This document shows positions 36,100 through 48,768 of a stretch of 64,000 nucleotides of DNA, piece after piece. Origin of the DNA: Felis catus (taxonomy: Eukaryota). The stretch covers positions 235,726,001-235,790,000 of the forward strand of contig NC_058368.1 in assembly GCF_018350175.1 (NCBI RefSeq), written 5' to 3'. Under the pieces are notes generated by a model that saw only the letters and a list, made by a program, of their open reading frames with translations, searched no databases and was not told where the DNA came from. Each line of letters starts with the position of its first letter. Position 1 is the first letter of the stretch. The position numbers and the translations under genes are program-made.

Positions 36100-36270
36100 A
36101 ATTTACGTAACTTCCCCGGGGCCTTTGTTTCTTCATGTGTGAAGTAGGAATGATAATGGCACCAACTGGTAGGAGTTGTTTGAACGATTAAAAGAGAATA
36201 ATGTTTTTGACGCCCTTGGCGGAGTGGCTGATGAACGATAGATCTCACTGTGCTATTTTTCACTATATTA
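36100..36270 (+). mobile_element. MIR
   Basis: 'gcctttgtttcttcatgtgtgaagtaggaatgataat...gagttgtttgaacgattaaaagagaataatg'. Confidence 0.75.
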
Positions 36271-36287
36271 TTATTGTGTTTCTGGAG

Positions 36288-36508
36288 CAGTGGTTGACCC
36301 CTGGGGGGGCAGCTTTGCCCCCCAGGGGACATTTGGCAATGTCTGGAGATACTCTCGGTTTCCACGGTTGGTGAGGGTGTTTCTGACATTTGCTGGGAGG
36401 GCAGGGGGGGACGGTGCTGGGCAGCCTACAATGTGTGGGACTGTCCCTACCACAGACACTGACTCAGCTCGAAATGTCACTGCTGCCCAGGTCAGTCCGG
36501 AAACCTTG
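36288..36508. mobile_element. MER20 (hAT-Charlie)
   Basis: cagtggtt start; 'tttgccccccaggggacatttggcaatgtctggaga'; ends 'gaaaccttg'. Confidence 0.9.
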
Positions 36509-37889
36509 CCTTAGAGAGAGAAGAAGGAGTGGCAAGAGAAACACAGGGTGAGAAACCTCCAGTCCTGGAGTCTGGAACTTGTGGTTTCTGGAACATTCTC
36601 TCACCCCTCCCACAAGCAGGGGTGAGTTTTCTCCCCCAGGTCTCTAAGAATCTGGAGGTCTAAGTTCCCTACTTACCTATTAATGCACTTGGAAAAGCTC
36701 AGCAGTTCGAGAAGAATCTGTCCTTGCTCACGGTCCAGCTGAGAACATGGGCATCAGGGAACGGGCAGGGATAAAACCTAGTTTCTGGAGCCCTCGCCAC
36801 CATGCTGATAAAGGCCTCCTCCCAGGGCCCATCTCAACAACTAGAACCACGTGATCTTCCCAATTGATGCCTTTGAGCTCTTAGCAGACCGGAGTACGTC
36901 TGGAGCCTAGCTTTCTCAGGCCACACTGACGCGGTACACAGAGCACACAGAAAAACATGAGAAGAGCGTGGATCTTTCCAGTAAAAAAAAAAAAAAAAAA
37001 ATGGCCTGTGTAATTCACAGATACATCATAAGTATCGTCTCCTTGATTATAGCTGATTTCAACACTTAAGGTTAATGGCTGGAAAAGTATTTGAAATGAC
37101 AGAATTGGCCATCGGTCTTCTGGGCTATTGCCACAGGCAAAGCCTATCGCTCAAGCATTTCTATGTCCCCAGTGGCCCAGTTCCAACAATAACTGGATGT
37201 TTTATGCAGCAAGATCTATAAAACTATGCTGGAAAGAATTACTCCTGGTAATACCGTAGCAAATGGCCGGTTGCCTCGGAAAAGGACGCTCCCAGCCATC
37301 ACTACGCTCTGGTGCCCGAGCAGTTGCCGTATAAGTCCATCCTGAGGAGGGCATAAGAGCTGACACAGAGCAAGGCACACAGCGAAAGCCCTGGCTCCCG
37401 GGCCGCTTGCCTACAGCGGATGTTACATCATGTTAAAATACGGCCCCACCAACCTGTAAAACGGACACCTCCGTGCCAGCTGCCATGACATCACAGAGGG
37501 AGGGCCAGCGGCCTTGCTGAGGGTACGGGTCCACACAACGTGCACCTGCCGCCCAGCCCTGCGTTTTCCCTCACCGTCTCTCCTCACGGAGGCACTGGCC
37601 AACCCCGCACGGCAGTCGGACCACACCCAGGGTGCACCCTCCTCCAGGGCTGTGCTGTGTGGTCCTGCCTCGTCCCCGCCCCCCTCACAGGCTCCCAGGC
37701 TGGACCTCAGCCCCCGGGGTGGTAATGCTGTTTCCGTGCCCAGAGCCGCAGCCCATCCAGTGAGGCTGTTAGCGGCTGGCCTTGCACGCACGAAGCTAAG
37801 ACTTCAGAAAGATAGGCATGCCACGGCCCTTGGTAGCAGCTTTGGAAGTTAGTCTCCAGGAGCATTTGTGGACACTTGACTCTTCTTCC

Positions 37890-38118
37890 TTTTTTATTTA
37901 TTAAAATAATGTTTTTTAATGCTTATTTATGTTTGAGAGAGAGAGAGAAAGCACAAGCAGGGGAGGGGTAGGGAGAGAGGGAGACACAGAATCCGAAGCA
38001 GGCTCCAGGCTCCGAGCCGTCAGCACAGAGCCTGACAGGGGGCTCGAACCCATGAACCGCGAATTCACGACCTGAGCCGAAGTCGGACGCTTAACCGACT
38101 GAGCCCCCCAGGCGCCCC
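37890..38118 (-). mobile_element. CAN-SINE (SINEC_Fc type)
   Basis: Full body, flanked by ttgactct...ctt on both sides. Confidence 0.96.
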
Positions 38119-38597
38119 TTGACTCTCTTCTTTCTGTTGCCGTGTGTTTCGGGGATTCCTAGGATAAGTGTAACTCTAACAACAGAAATACAGGTGCTAA
38201 AAACGTGTGATTTTGTGTATCTCTGTGCCTCCCATGCACATAGCTACAGCATTTGACCCTCTAGATGACTCCCGGTTGGCACGCAAAACTTTCTCGCTTT
38301 GGGGGCACATTCTGCCCCCCACGCAGTTGGAGCTGGAACAGCTTCATGCCCGTCACCATCACTGGTATCTACCAGCGGCTTGCCCTCCTCGCTGTGCTGC
38401 TTCCCAAGGGCGGGGACAACAGTCCCAGGCCCAGATGTGGCATCTTTGGCCGCGTACGTCCCCCAGGGGGCCGTGAATCATCCCTTCAAACTGCCTTAAA
38501 AATACACATGAAATTAAACAGCTTTGAGTTAACGTCAGTCGATTCCCTCGCTCAGGGTGTCATGGCTTATACACTATGCAATAACAACCCCCTCATC

Positions 38598-38831
38598 TTT
38601 TTTTTTAACATTTATTTATTTTTGAGAGACAGAGAGAAAGAGAGAGAGAGAGAGAAAGAGAGAAGGAGTTGGGGAGGATCAGAGAGAGAGAGGGAGACAC
38701 AGAATCTGAAGCAGGCTCCAAGCTCTGAGCGGTCAGCATAGAGACTGACGCGGGACTCGAACTCACGAACCACGAGATCATGACCCGGACCGAAGTCGGA
38801 TGCTTAACCGACTGAGCCACCCAGGGGCCCC
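38598..38831 (-). mobile_element. CAN-SINE (SINEC_Fc type)
   Basis: Perfect 15-bp TSD aacaaccccctcatc (38583-38597 / 38832-38846). Confidence 0.97.
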
Positions 38832-40399
38832 AACAACCCCCTCATCACGATAAACAGAACATATGCTGTAGCATCAGCCCAAAGGCAGCCTGATCACGAC
38901 CTGAGTCCAAGGCCTGAGGACAGTCCCGAGACCGTCTAAGCATATTTCCTGGGAAAAGGATAATCAGTGACTATGTTCATCTGAGGGAGCAGGGTCATGA
39001 ATTATGATGTCTTAGCCACACACGATTCATGACAGATGGAACTGTGGCAGCCCCAAAGCATGGGTTTTTTTTTGATCATTTACATTAGAACCCCGGATAA
39101 AATTCTCAGCACATGCTTCGCCATAGTCAGGCCATCACTGTCAAGATATCCCGTTCCTTGCGTTCTAGTGCTCAGCGTTGACCCAGAGCCAAGACTTCAC
39201 GTTGCGTCAGTGCGCACGGCTCCACACTCCAGCGCTCTCCTCCCTGCTTCTCCCAAGAGGGGCCTGGAAGCCTCTGTCTGTGGTGCCCGGGCACTGAGGC
39301 TGGCCGTGCACCCCGGGGCCAGGTGTGAGGTAAGGAGTGGATGGTTTCGGTGATCTCTCCGGGGAGGCGGTTGAGTCACCGATCTGTAGCTCCGGTCGTG
39401 ACTTCTTGGAACTTCAGTTACCTCTGGTTCCACCTGCTGCCGTGTGGTGATCGCGTCCTGGATGTCTACAGCCCCGGGGACTCAGGACGCCGGGACGCAA
39501 GTAAACTCCCGTCTTCCTCCACCTCCTGGTCTCACCTCTCACCCTTCTGGCTCTTCCTTCTCAATGTTGCGGAGCCGCAGTCCCGAGAGTGGCTCTCGCT
39601 GGGCTGTGCTTCCTCCGCCCCAACCGCCCGGTTAACTCGGGTTAACTCATGGTTCCTCGGCCTGGAGTCAAGGTCAAGAACCCTTGCCCCCTTGTAGCAT
39701 TCCGTCTCCACTCCCGCCGTCCCGCCCATGACTCCTATTTGCTAAGCTGTGCCCATTCCCCCATCACGGTGACTTTCCCTTTCCAACCCTCCTGCGGAAA
39801 TGTGCTGGCTCTCCCAGCCTCTGCTGGCTGCTCTGTGCATATATCCCTGGCGGTGTCTCCTCAGCAGGGTGACACTGTCCCCTCAGCTCCCATGGCACCA
39901 GCTTCTATGGTACTTTTGCATTTCCCCTTTTACTTCTTATGATTCGTGTGCAACGTCTCTCCTGCAAGGCCAGAGGCCCCTTGAGGAATTAATTGTACAT
40001 GTTCTTCAGAGCCTTGGGTGTGGGCGGAAAATCAGCCTCCAGCAGGTCAGAGGGGAGCCCGCGGAGGGAAATTTCCCCCACGTCTTTCTCCAAAGTGGCT
40101 CTTTCCCGCCATCTTGACTTTAGCATTTTATACTCTCCAGGTGAGCGTTAGGTTAAGGGTCTCACACAGCCCTGTGCCCATTCCCTTGGGAAGTCTTCGA
40201 CCTTGTCGACACCTCAAGGCCCTCCTTCAGCTCAGGTGGTTGTTGGCAGAATCAACTCCTCGAACTGTAGATCTGAGGCCCCCGTAGTCCCCGGGATGTG
40301 ACTCTCTCACGAGTCCTCCCGACGTGGCCCCCTGCTTCATCCACCCCACCAACAACTTCTGCCCCTGCTGTCTTCTCTGAGGGCTTCCTACAGAATGAG

Positions 40400-40537
40400 A
40401 TATGACCACGGAACGACATCCCATCACCTTGGCCACATTCTGTGGGTCAGAGTCAAGGCAGGGATTCCACCCAATCTTGAGGGCAGGGGATCAAAGGGCG
40501 CAAACCACTGGGGTCGCCTCAGACCCTGCCCACGACA
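40400..40537 (-). mobile_element. MaLR (MLT1F/H-like) LTR fragment
   Basis: 'gacatcccatcaccttggccacattctgtgggtcaga...ctggggtcgcctcagaccctgcccacgaca'. Confidence 0.6.
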
Positions 40538-40599
40538 CCATTTGGGGCACCTTTCCTGGTAGCCCGTTCAGAGCGGTCCCCAGCTTCCCACGTGTGCCA

Positions 40600-41725
40600 C
40601 ACACCCTCTGTGTTTCCCCTACACGCGAGTTTTGCACCTCCCACTGACCAGGTTGCATTTACTTGTTCGTTTATACTCAGCATACGTCTGTCTTCATCAG
40701 ACAGTAAGCCTCACACAGGCAGGGGCATGCCTGCGAGGTCTGTGTTTTGCCTCCAGCACCTGTAACCGTGGTCGATGTGCGCCAGGCATTTAGGAATCCT
40801 GGGTGGACACATGGCTGGATACGCACAGGCATTCCTGTCTACGCCACCTCGCTGAAACCAGTCCTGCCAAGGCGACCTCCGGCCGAGCGCCGTGTCCCCT
40901 CTTGGTCCTTACCTTTCTTCGTCTTCTGCAACATTTGAGCCAGCTGGTCATTCCCTCCTTCCTAAAGTCTTTTCTTCTCTTGGCTTTCTTGCTAGCACAT
41001 TCTCTCGATGTGAGAAACTCCTTCCCGACGAGCAGCAGCTTCGCGGGGGCGCTTCCTCACCTTGTCAGGGGCCTCCGGGGCTGTGTTCCGACAACCCATC
41101 TCCCAGGTGCCTGCACTCGTGCCCAGGTGATCCCCTCCAGGTCCAGCTGATTGACCCATGACTTTCTGTCCACCCCCTTTGTGGGGATCCTTTTAAACCC
41201 CGTACCCTGCGGCCGCTCTGCTGTTTCTAAGGCTCCAGAAGTCTCTCTTTACATTTCACAAAGATGCCCAAACCCTCGCTGTGGCCTCCAAAACCTGACA
41301 CGGTGAGGCCCCCACGTCCGAGAAAGAGCAGCTGTCTGCTTCCGCGTCAAGACAGACTCTTCTCCCTGTGGGTCCCTCTTGCGGACGCGCTCCCACCCGC
41401 CCCCCTGCACACAGGGGCTGTCGCTAGCTCATCATTTACACCTAAGCTTCAGTCGCACCTCCTCACTGCGCAGCACCAAGCCCACTTACTCCGTAGAACC
41501 CCCGACCCTTTAAAAATCCTCTGGGCGCCTGCACGGCCATTCAGTATTTGTAGCATTGTTGTATTTATCTATTTCTCTCTTTGCTCCCTCTCTCCCTACA
41601 AGAACGTGAGTTCTATGAGCCAAGGCCCTTCTCCCATCAGTCTTTTTCACAGTGTATCCCAGAGCCTGACACGGGGTATGTGCTGATGAAAAGCCCACTG
41701 GCAGGCGGAATCAACGAATAAATGC
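40600..41725 (+). mobile_element. L2 fragments (3' end; RT remnant plus a second 3' end)
   Basis: The ORF at 40892 contains SATFEPAGHSLLPKVFSSLGF, resembling the L2 RT motif SAAFDTVDHSLLLETLSSLGF. L2-type 3' ends are at ~40690-40820 and ~41600-41725. Confidence 0.75.
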
Positions 41726-43141
41726 CTGAGCTCTGGCTCCATTTGTATAGGTGGTGGGGGGGGGGGGGAGGGGGGGTTCTTTGCTCTGCCAGGATCTGAT
41801 GACATCCATCCTGGGCGCTTGGAGTCAGAATGCTCTGGGGGTCAGAGCAGGGTTACTGGGTCCCCCCTCACTTCCATGGTGGGGGCATCCGGTGTTCGGC
41901 GGTAAAAAATAATTCCATGCTAACCTTTCTGGTGTTCTGTTGATTCGATTTGTGCCCTACAGGAGAGTGTTCCCAAGTTACCCGGCAGAGAAAAGGATAA
42001 GGAGAGTATTGTCATGTTTTTCAACTTGTCTAACGTGCGTGTGCGAGTTAATTCTTTGTTCCTTCTGTTCATCAAGCTCTTGTGTCCATAAAAGAAAATA
42101 CATTTAGCCACAAACCTGGCCTTGTCCATGGTACCAAAGGCTGGGGCCACACTCTCAGGACGGTTGAGGGTGTCACCCCGGAGAAATGTCTGTTCAGGTT
42201 CGAGGGTAAACAAGGATACAGAAGGAGACCGTGGAGGCCCCTCCCTTCCAAACTGCACAGAAATCATCCTCCTGCCCACGCGACAGCTTCAAAGCCACTC
42301 TTGCCTCAATAAGTCTTGTTGGTTTTATAGAACAAAAATGCAAACATAAGTCCAGCCATTATTATCAAAGCTTAGCTAAACTTTCTGATGACAAACGCAT
42401 CCGTTCATCTAATGACTTGGAGGCTTCCTGGAGCCCCTGGCGTGTTATACCAGAACGAATCGCAGACGACACGGCCAATTTATTTTTCCTGTCCCGGGCT
42501 CTCCAGAGGGAGGCGGAGTAGCTTGGTCTCTGAGCTCACGATGTTCTGGCTCTTCTGGGAGGGCTCTCTGCATCACAGCTGGGCAGCAACGTGAATCCCG
42601 AACGTGATAGCTAATGGACCTTGAGATTCTCCCGTATTTAGAACATCAACAGATGCTATTCTGATTCTAGTGCTGCTTATGTGATCCATTATTTGTGTTT
42701 CTGAGGCATTTGGGTTAATATTTTACTGTGATGTCAATAACTACGGAATGATATATTCTGTACTCTACGAAACCCTGGAAGGGGGCGGCACATTCTTTTT
42801 CACCCTCTCCCATCTCTCAAACTCCATTTTTTCAAAGTTGAAGAGAGAATCTTTGGCCCTAACTCACAAGCTGATCTCCCCACTGGCTGGTAATTTCAGA
42901 CCTGTCCGTTGCTTTTAAAAAGTGCACGGAAATCCAATGTCCTCTCCCTCAGAGGGTGTCCGTACAGGCTGACGGATCCGGAATTCGGTCACGGGGTGTA
43001 AATGTTAATTCACGGTCCCCTGTCCCGGAACGTATCTCAAATTATTTGTTCCTTTCAAAGTCATACTCTTCAAGCTCATGACACTTTCCTGTCTCAGGAT
43101 ATAATGAATAAGCTTCTGCTTCATCCCTCCCCACTAGCTGC

Positions 43142-43142
<1 letters not shown>

Positions 43143-43196
<54 letters not shown>

Positions 43197-43197
43197 T
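43143..43197. repeat. (TTTC)n microsatellite
   Basis: Directly visible. Confidence 0.97.
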
Positions 43198-44502
43198 TGC
43201 ATTTGTCAACCTGGATGGAATATTTTGTTTCCTTTTTTTTTCCAGGTGAGTCGCCATAGGGGAAAACCTGACATTTCCCAATCCCCCACCACTGTCTTCC
43301 ACCACCCCCGGGAAACCACTGAACTGCTCTCTGTCACTCCAGATCAGTTTGTTTGCTCTAGAATTTTCTGTAAAGGGAATAATGCATTAGGTACTCTAGC
43401 GTCCTTACTCGCCATAATTATTTTGAGATCCGTCAAGGTTGTCGCGCGTATCGATGCTCCGCTCCTCCTGCAACTCAGTAGTATCACGTGGTGGGGGTGC
43501 ACAACAATGGGTGTATCCATTAATGTGTTGATGAACTGTTGTTTCCACTTTGGGGCTATTAAAAATAAAGTAGCCGTGAACACTCAAGGTTTGTAGGCAC
43601 GGACACTTTCTCTTCTTTTGGGTAAATGCCCAGGAGTTGGACAGCTACATCTTAGGGTAGGTGTAGACTTAACTTTTTAAGAGACACATTCTTTTTCACA
43701 CCAGTTGTACCATTTTCTAGTGCAATCTGCTGCCTGGGGCATCCACATCTTGTTTGCGATCTCCATGGGATAGTGTTCCACCTTTCACCTTATTATTACT
43801 CGCGCGCTAGCTTTATCACAGATGCCCGTCAGCCTTTGGAAGTAGTCTTCTATTCCTAGTGTGCTGAACGTGCTTATGAAAAACGGACTTGGTTTTTGCG
43901 AAATGCTTTTTATGCTTTTACTCGGGTGTTTATGTGGATTTTTTACTTCTAGTCTGTTAATATGATGAGTCACCTTGATTGATTTTCACTCTGACTTTCT
44001 GGGAAAGATCTCACTTAGTCATGATATATTTTATAAATCATTGAATTTGATTTGCTAATTTTTTTTGTTTAGAATCTTTACTCTTCCACATTCACGATGT
44101 CTGCAGCTTTCTGTGATATCTTAGACTTTTTTTTTTTTTATATGGTGGTCTCATAAAATAAGTTGGGAATAACTGCTTCCTTTCAATTTTCCCGTGGAGT
44201 TTCTGTAGAATTGTAATCATTTCTTCATTCATTGTGAGTAGAATCTACCAGCGAAGCCATATATTCCTGATATTTTCTTTGAGGGGAGGTGTTTAGCTAT
44301 AAGTTCAAATGCTCTCATAGAACCAAAGCAGGTTTGTTCTATGAAACGAAGAACAAAATGGGGCTGTTTCAGGCTCTCTCTTTTTTTCTCAACAGCATTT
44401 TGGTAGTTTGTTTCTGTCTCTCGGAGGATTTGTCCATTTCGTGTAAGTTGTTGAATTTACTGACATAAAGTTTTTCATAATATGCCCTTATTATCTTTTA
44501 AT

Positions 44503-45325
44503 AATTATAATCATGGTAAAATGCCCATAACATTTACCCCTTTTAACCATTTCCAAGTGCATAGCTCAATTGTGTTAAATATAATCACATTGTTGGGACA
44601 CCAATTTTCAGAACTCCTTTCATCTTGCAAAACAGAAATTCTCTGCCCACTAACCAACAACTCCTTGTTCCCCCCTTCTACCCAGTCTCTAATAACCACC
44701 GTTGTACTTTTTATGCAGTCTCTGAGGTCTCTGATGTGAGTGGAATCATACAGTATTTGTCTTTTATGATGGGCTTATTTCACTTGGCACAATGTCCTCA
44801 AGCTTCCTCTGTGTTGTAGCAGATGGCAGAATTTCCTTCTCAAGGCTGAACCATATTGCATTGTACGTGGACACCACATGTTTAAAATTCACTCAACCGT
44901 CGATGGCCACGTGGGTTGCTTCCACCTTTTGGCTGTTGTGAATAATGCTGCTGTGAGCATGGGTGAACAAACTACTCTTTGAGACCCTGCTTTCATTTCT
45001 TTGGATATATCACCATAATTGCAATGATCGGATCAAATAGCAATTTTATTGTTAATTTTTTGAGGAGCTGCCATCTGTTTCCATAGTGAGTAATTACACC
45101 ATTTTACACCCCTGCTAATGGTGTACAGGATTCCAGTGTCTCTACCTCCTCACCAATCCTTATTTGTATTTTTTGTAGCCACTCTAATGGGTGTGAGATG
45201 ATAGCATCCTCTGGTTTGATGTACATTTCCCCGACGATTAGTGATTTTAAGTATTTTTTTTATATTCTTGTTGGCAATTTGCATATCAGCTTTGGAGAGA
45301 TGTCTGTTCCAGTCCTTTGTCCATT
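44503..45325 (-). mobile_element. L1MB-like 3' end nested in the older L1
   Basis: 'ttttaaccatttccaagtgcatagctca...catcttgcaaaacagaaattct'. 17-bp TSD ccttattatcttttaat (44486-44502) / ccttactgtcttttaat (45326-45342). Confidence 0.88.
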
Positions 45326-45833
45326 CCTTACTGTCTTTTAATGTCTGTAGAATCGGTAGTGATGCCACCTCGCTCATTCCTGATATTGGAAATTTGTGTT
45401 TTCTCTCTTTTTTTCCAACTAGCCTAATTAGAAGCTTACCAGTTTCATTGACCTTCTAAAAAGTAGCTTTGGTTATATTTTCTAAATTTTATTTTTTTCT
45501 GCTGTTTTTCTTTTGTTTCAAGGATTTCTGTTGTGATCTTCATGTGTGTGTTATTTAATAATTTGGGTGGCATATCCTCTTCTTTCTCTAGTTGAACAAT
45601 GAGGTCATTGATTTGAGTTCATTCTGATTTCCTACTATAGCCATTTATTACTATAGATTTTTGACAGATTTCAGTGGCACCCGACAGAAGTTGGTAGGAA
45701 GTATTTGCATTCAGTTCAAAATATTTTTTCACTTCCTTTTTATTTCTCCTTTGACTCATGGTTCGTTTACAAGCGCGTTATTTAGTTTTTAAGATTTGAG
45801 AATTTTTCTGGAGATAGTAGTGCTATTGATTTT

Positions 45834-46050
45834 TTTTAAGGTTATTCTTTTATTTTGAGAACAAGACAGCAAGAGAGAGCAAGCGGAGGAGGGACAGAGA
45901 GGCAGAGAGAAAGGGAGAGAGAGGATCCCAAGCAGGCTCGGTGTCGTCATCCTGGAGCCCCATGCAAGGCTCAAACCCACAAACCATGAGATCATCAACT
46001 GATCTGAAACTGAGAGCCTGACGCTTAACTGACTGAGCCACCTAGGTGCC
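45834..46050 (-). mobile_element. CAN-SINE (older subfamily)
   Basis: TSD gtagtgctattgatttt / gtagtgttcttgatttt. Confidence 0.94.
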
Positions 46051-46639
46051 TGTAGTGTTCTTGATTTTTAATTTAATTACTATGTGGTCAGAGAATAGCC
46101 TGGCTTAAATCCTTTTAAATTTATTGAGACTCGTATCATGGCCCTGAATATGGTCTATCATGGTAAATTCTTTTGTGGCCCCTTGAAAGAATATACATTC
46201 TGCTATTGGTGGGTGGAACCATCTATAAATTTTAGTTAGCTCGAGTTGGTGATAATTTTGTTCAAATCTATACCCCTGCTAATTTTCTGTCTACATATTC
46301 TTCCAATTGTTGAGTGAAGGTATTGAAACTAGAACTGTGGATTTGTCTCTTTCTTTTTGCAGTTCTGTTCATTTTTACTTCGTGTATTTTGAAGGTCTTG
46401 TTGCGTGCATATAGGTTTAGGAGTCTACATTCACTTGAAAAATTGATCCCTTTATCATCACAAAGTGATCTTTTCCTCCCCAGTAATATTCTTCCCACTG
46501 AAACATACACTTTGCCTGAAATTAATATAGACTTTTAACATTTTTAGATCCGTGTTAGCACGATATAGCTCTTAATCATTCTGCTTTTAACCTGAGTCTT
46601 TATAGCCAAAATGTGTTTCTTGTAGCACCCACCCCCTCT

Positions 46640-46641
<2 letters not shown>

Positions 46642-46685
<44 letters not shown>
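46642..46685. repeat. (TA)n microsatellite
   Basis: Directly visible. Confidence 0.98.
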
Positions 46686-46688
<3 letters not shown>

Positions 46689-47005
46689 GATCTAGCTTTT
46701 TGATCTTACATGACAAGCACTGCTTTCTGATGAGGACATTTAGCCATCACATGTACTGTGATTGTTGATATGGCCAGGTAGATGGCTGTCATCTTATCAT
46801 CTGTATTTCATTGGTACCATCTGCTCTTTGTAGATGACATCTCTCTTCTCCTATTTTTCTGCCTTCCTTTAATATTTCGTACGGTAATATTATATTTATA
46901 TTTACATTTTATATTCATTCTTGTCTTATCTATAATTCTTTATTTTATGACTTTAGTGGTTTAAAGTTTATCATATAAAAGTTTCATTTATCCCAGTCTA
47001 CTTTC

Positions 47006-47221
47006 TTTTATTATTATTATTTTTTTACTATTAAATTTATTGTCAAATTGGTTTCCATATGACACCCAGCGCTCATCCCAACAGGTGCCCTCCTCAATGC
47101 CCATCACCCACTGTCCCCTCCCTCCCACCCCTCCATCAACCCTCAGCTTGTTCTCAGATTTTAAGAGTCTCTTATGGTTTGGCTCCCTCCCTCTCCAACT
47201 TTTTTTCCCCTTCCCCTCCCC
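47006..47221 (-). mobile_element. Feline L1 (L1_Fc-like) 5'-truncated 3' end
   Basis: TSD cagtctactttc (46994-47005) / cggtctactttc (47222-47233). Confidence 0.93.
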
Positions 47222-47565
47222 CGGTCTACTTTCAAGTGAAGCTATACAACTTCGCATATGGTATGAGACAGTTGCAATACTATAGTTCCTTTCCTTCCCT
47301 CTGGATTCTTCTGCTGTGTTTTTGGCATACACTTTAATTTTATATATGATTTAAACTCCACACTGCATTGCCATGTTTTTGTTTTTATGATATCTGTGAA
47401 ACCATCTTTAAAAGAGGATTTAATAAACAGAATAGCCTCATAGATTTATCTGTGTAGCTACGATTTCTGGTACTCTTCTTTCTCTTGCTAGAGATCCATA
47501 GAACCATCTGGTCATTTTGCTTTTCCCTGAAGACCCTCCCTTGACACTTCTGGTAGTGCTGTTCT

Positions 47566-47770
47566 TTTTCTTTTAAAAAAAAAAATTAATGTTTATTTAT
47601 TTTTGAGAGAGAGACAGAGCATGAGCGGGGGAGGAGCACAGAATCTGAAGCAGGCTCCAGGCTTCCACCTGTCAGCACAGAGCCCAATGCGGGGCTCAAA
47701 CCCACGAACCATGAGATCATGACCTGAGCCCAAGTTGGACGCTTTACCGACGTAGCCACCCAGGTGCCCC
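47566..47770 (-). mobile_element. CAN-SINE
   Basis: TSD tctggtagtgctgttct (47549-47565 / 47772-47788). Confidence 0.96.
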
Positions 47771-48184
47771 ATCTGGTAGTGCTGTTCTATTTGTCATAAA
47801 TTCATCCAGCTTTTTATTTCTGAAAAAGTCTTTATTTCATACATTAAAAAAATTCTCTTTTCTCTGTGTTTCACCTACAGTTTATAGTAGTATGTTTTCA
47901 AGTTTACTAGTGTTTTCTTCTATACTGTCTTATCTGTCATTGTTGCCATCTAGTATATTTTAGAATATAACCCCAACTTCTCATCTTTTGATGTGAGTGT
48001 TTTTAAAATCTATCATGGCTCTACTTAGCACTTTGGACATGTGGAGTTCAGTTATAATAATTGTTTCAAGACATTATCTGCTAAATATAACACCTGTGCT
48101 AGGACCAGATCAGTTTCAATTGATCGATTTTTCTCCGTCTTATGGGACATGTTTTACTTTCTATTTGAAAGCTTGGTAAATTTT

Positions 48185-48314
48185 TTAAAAATTTTATTTA
48201 TTATTTCTTTTGAAAGAAAGTTGACATACAGTGTTATATTAGTTTCAGGTGTACAACATAGGGATTTGACAGTTGTATATATACAATGTGCGATGTTCCC
48301 CACGATAAGTGTAG
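48185..48314 (-). mobile_element. Carnivore L1 (L1_Carn-like) extreme 3' end
   Basis: 'gttgacatacagtgttatattagtttcaggtgtacaacatag'. TSD aaagcttggtaaatttt / aaatattggtgaatttt. Confidence 0.88.
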
Positions 48315-48331
48315 AAATATTGGTGAATTTT

Positions 48332-48552
48332 TTTTTAATTTTTTTTTCAACGTTTATTTATTTATTTTTGGGACAGAGAGAAACAGAGCATGAACGGGGG
48401 AGGGGCAGAGAGAGGGAGACACAGAATTGGAAACAGGCTCCAGGCTCTGAGCCATCAGCCCAGAGCCTGACACGGGGCTCGAACTCACGGACCGCGAGAT
48501 CGTGACCTGGCTGAAGTCGGACGCTCAACCGACTGCGCCACCCAGGCGCCCC
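48332..48552 (-). mobile_element. Young feline SINE (SINEC_Fc3-like)
   Basis: Variant motifs gtggcgcagtc, cttcagccagg, gggctgatggctc and gtcccaaaaata. Perfect TSD aatattggtgaatttt. Confidence 0.97.
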
Positions 48553-48768
48553 AATATTGGTGAATTTTTATATGAGGCAAGATACTGTGGTCTGATCTTG
48601 TGTGCTAGGCAAATGTTTTCTTACGAACATCTTTGAGGTTTACCTTGGGATGACATTCATTTACTTGTAAATAGTTTAATACTCTTGTATCCTGCTTTTA
48701 AAGATTTGTTATGCTGAACCGAAACAGTCAGTATAAGACAGGTTAATCCAAGATTGGTCAGTCAAAGA

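Noticed and set aside
36983..37001. Isolated poly(A) tract as a processed pseudogene tail
   Set aside because: No upstream AATAAA, no TSD and no recognisable mRNA sequence.
42974..42986. Adjacent BamHI/EcoRI sites (ggatccggaattc) suggesting a vector polylinker
   Set aside because: Only 13 bp, with no vector sequence on either side; compatible with chance.
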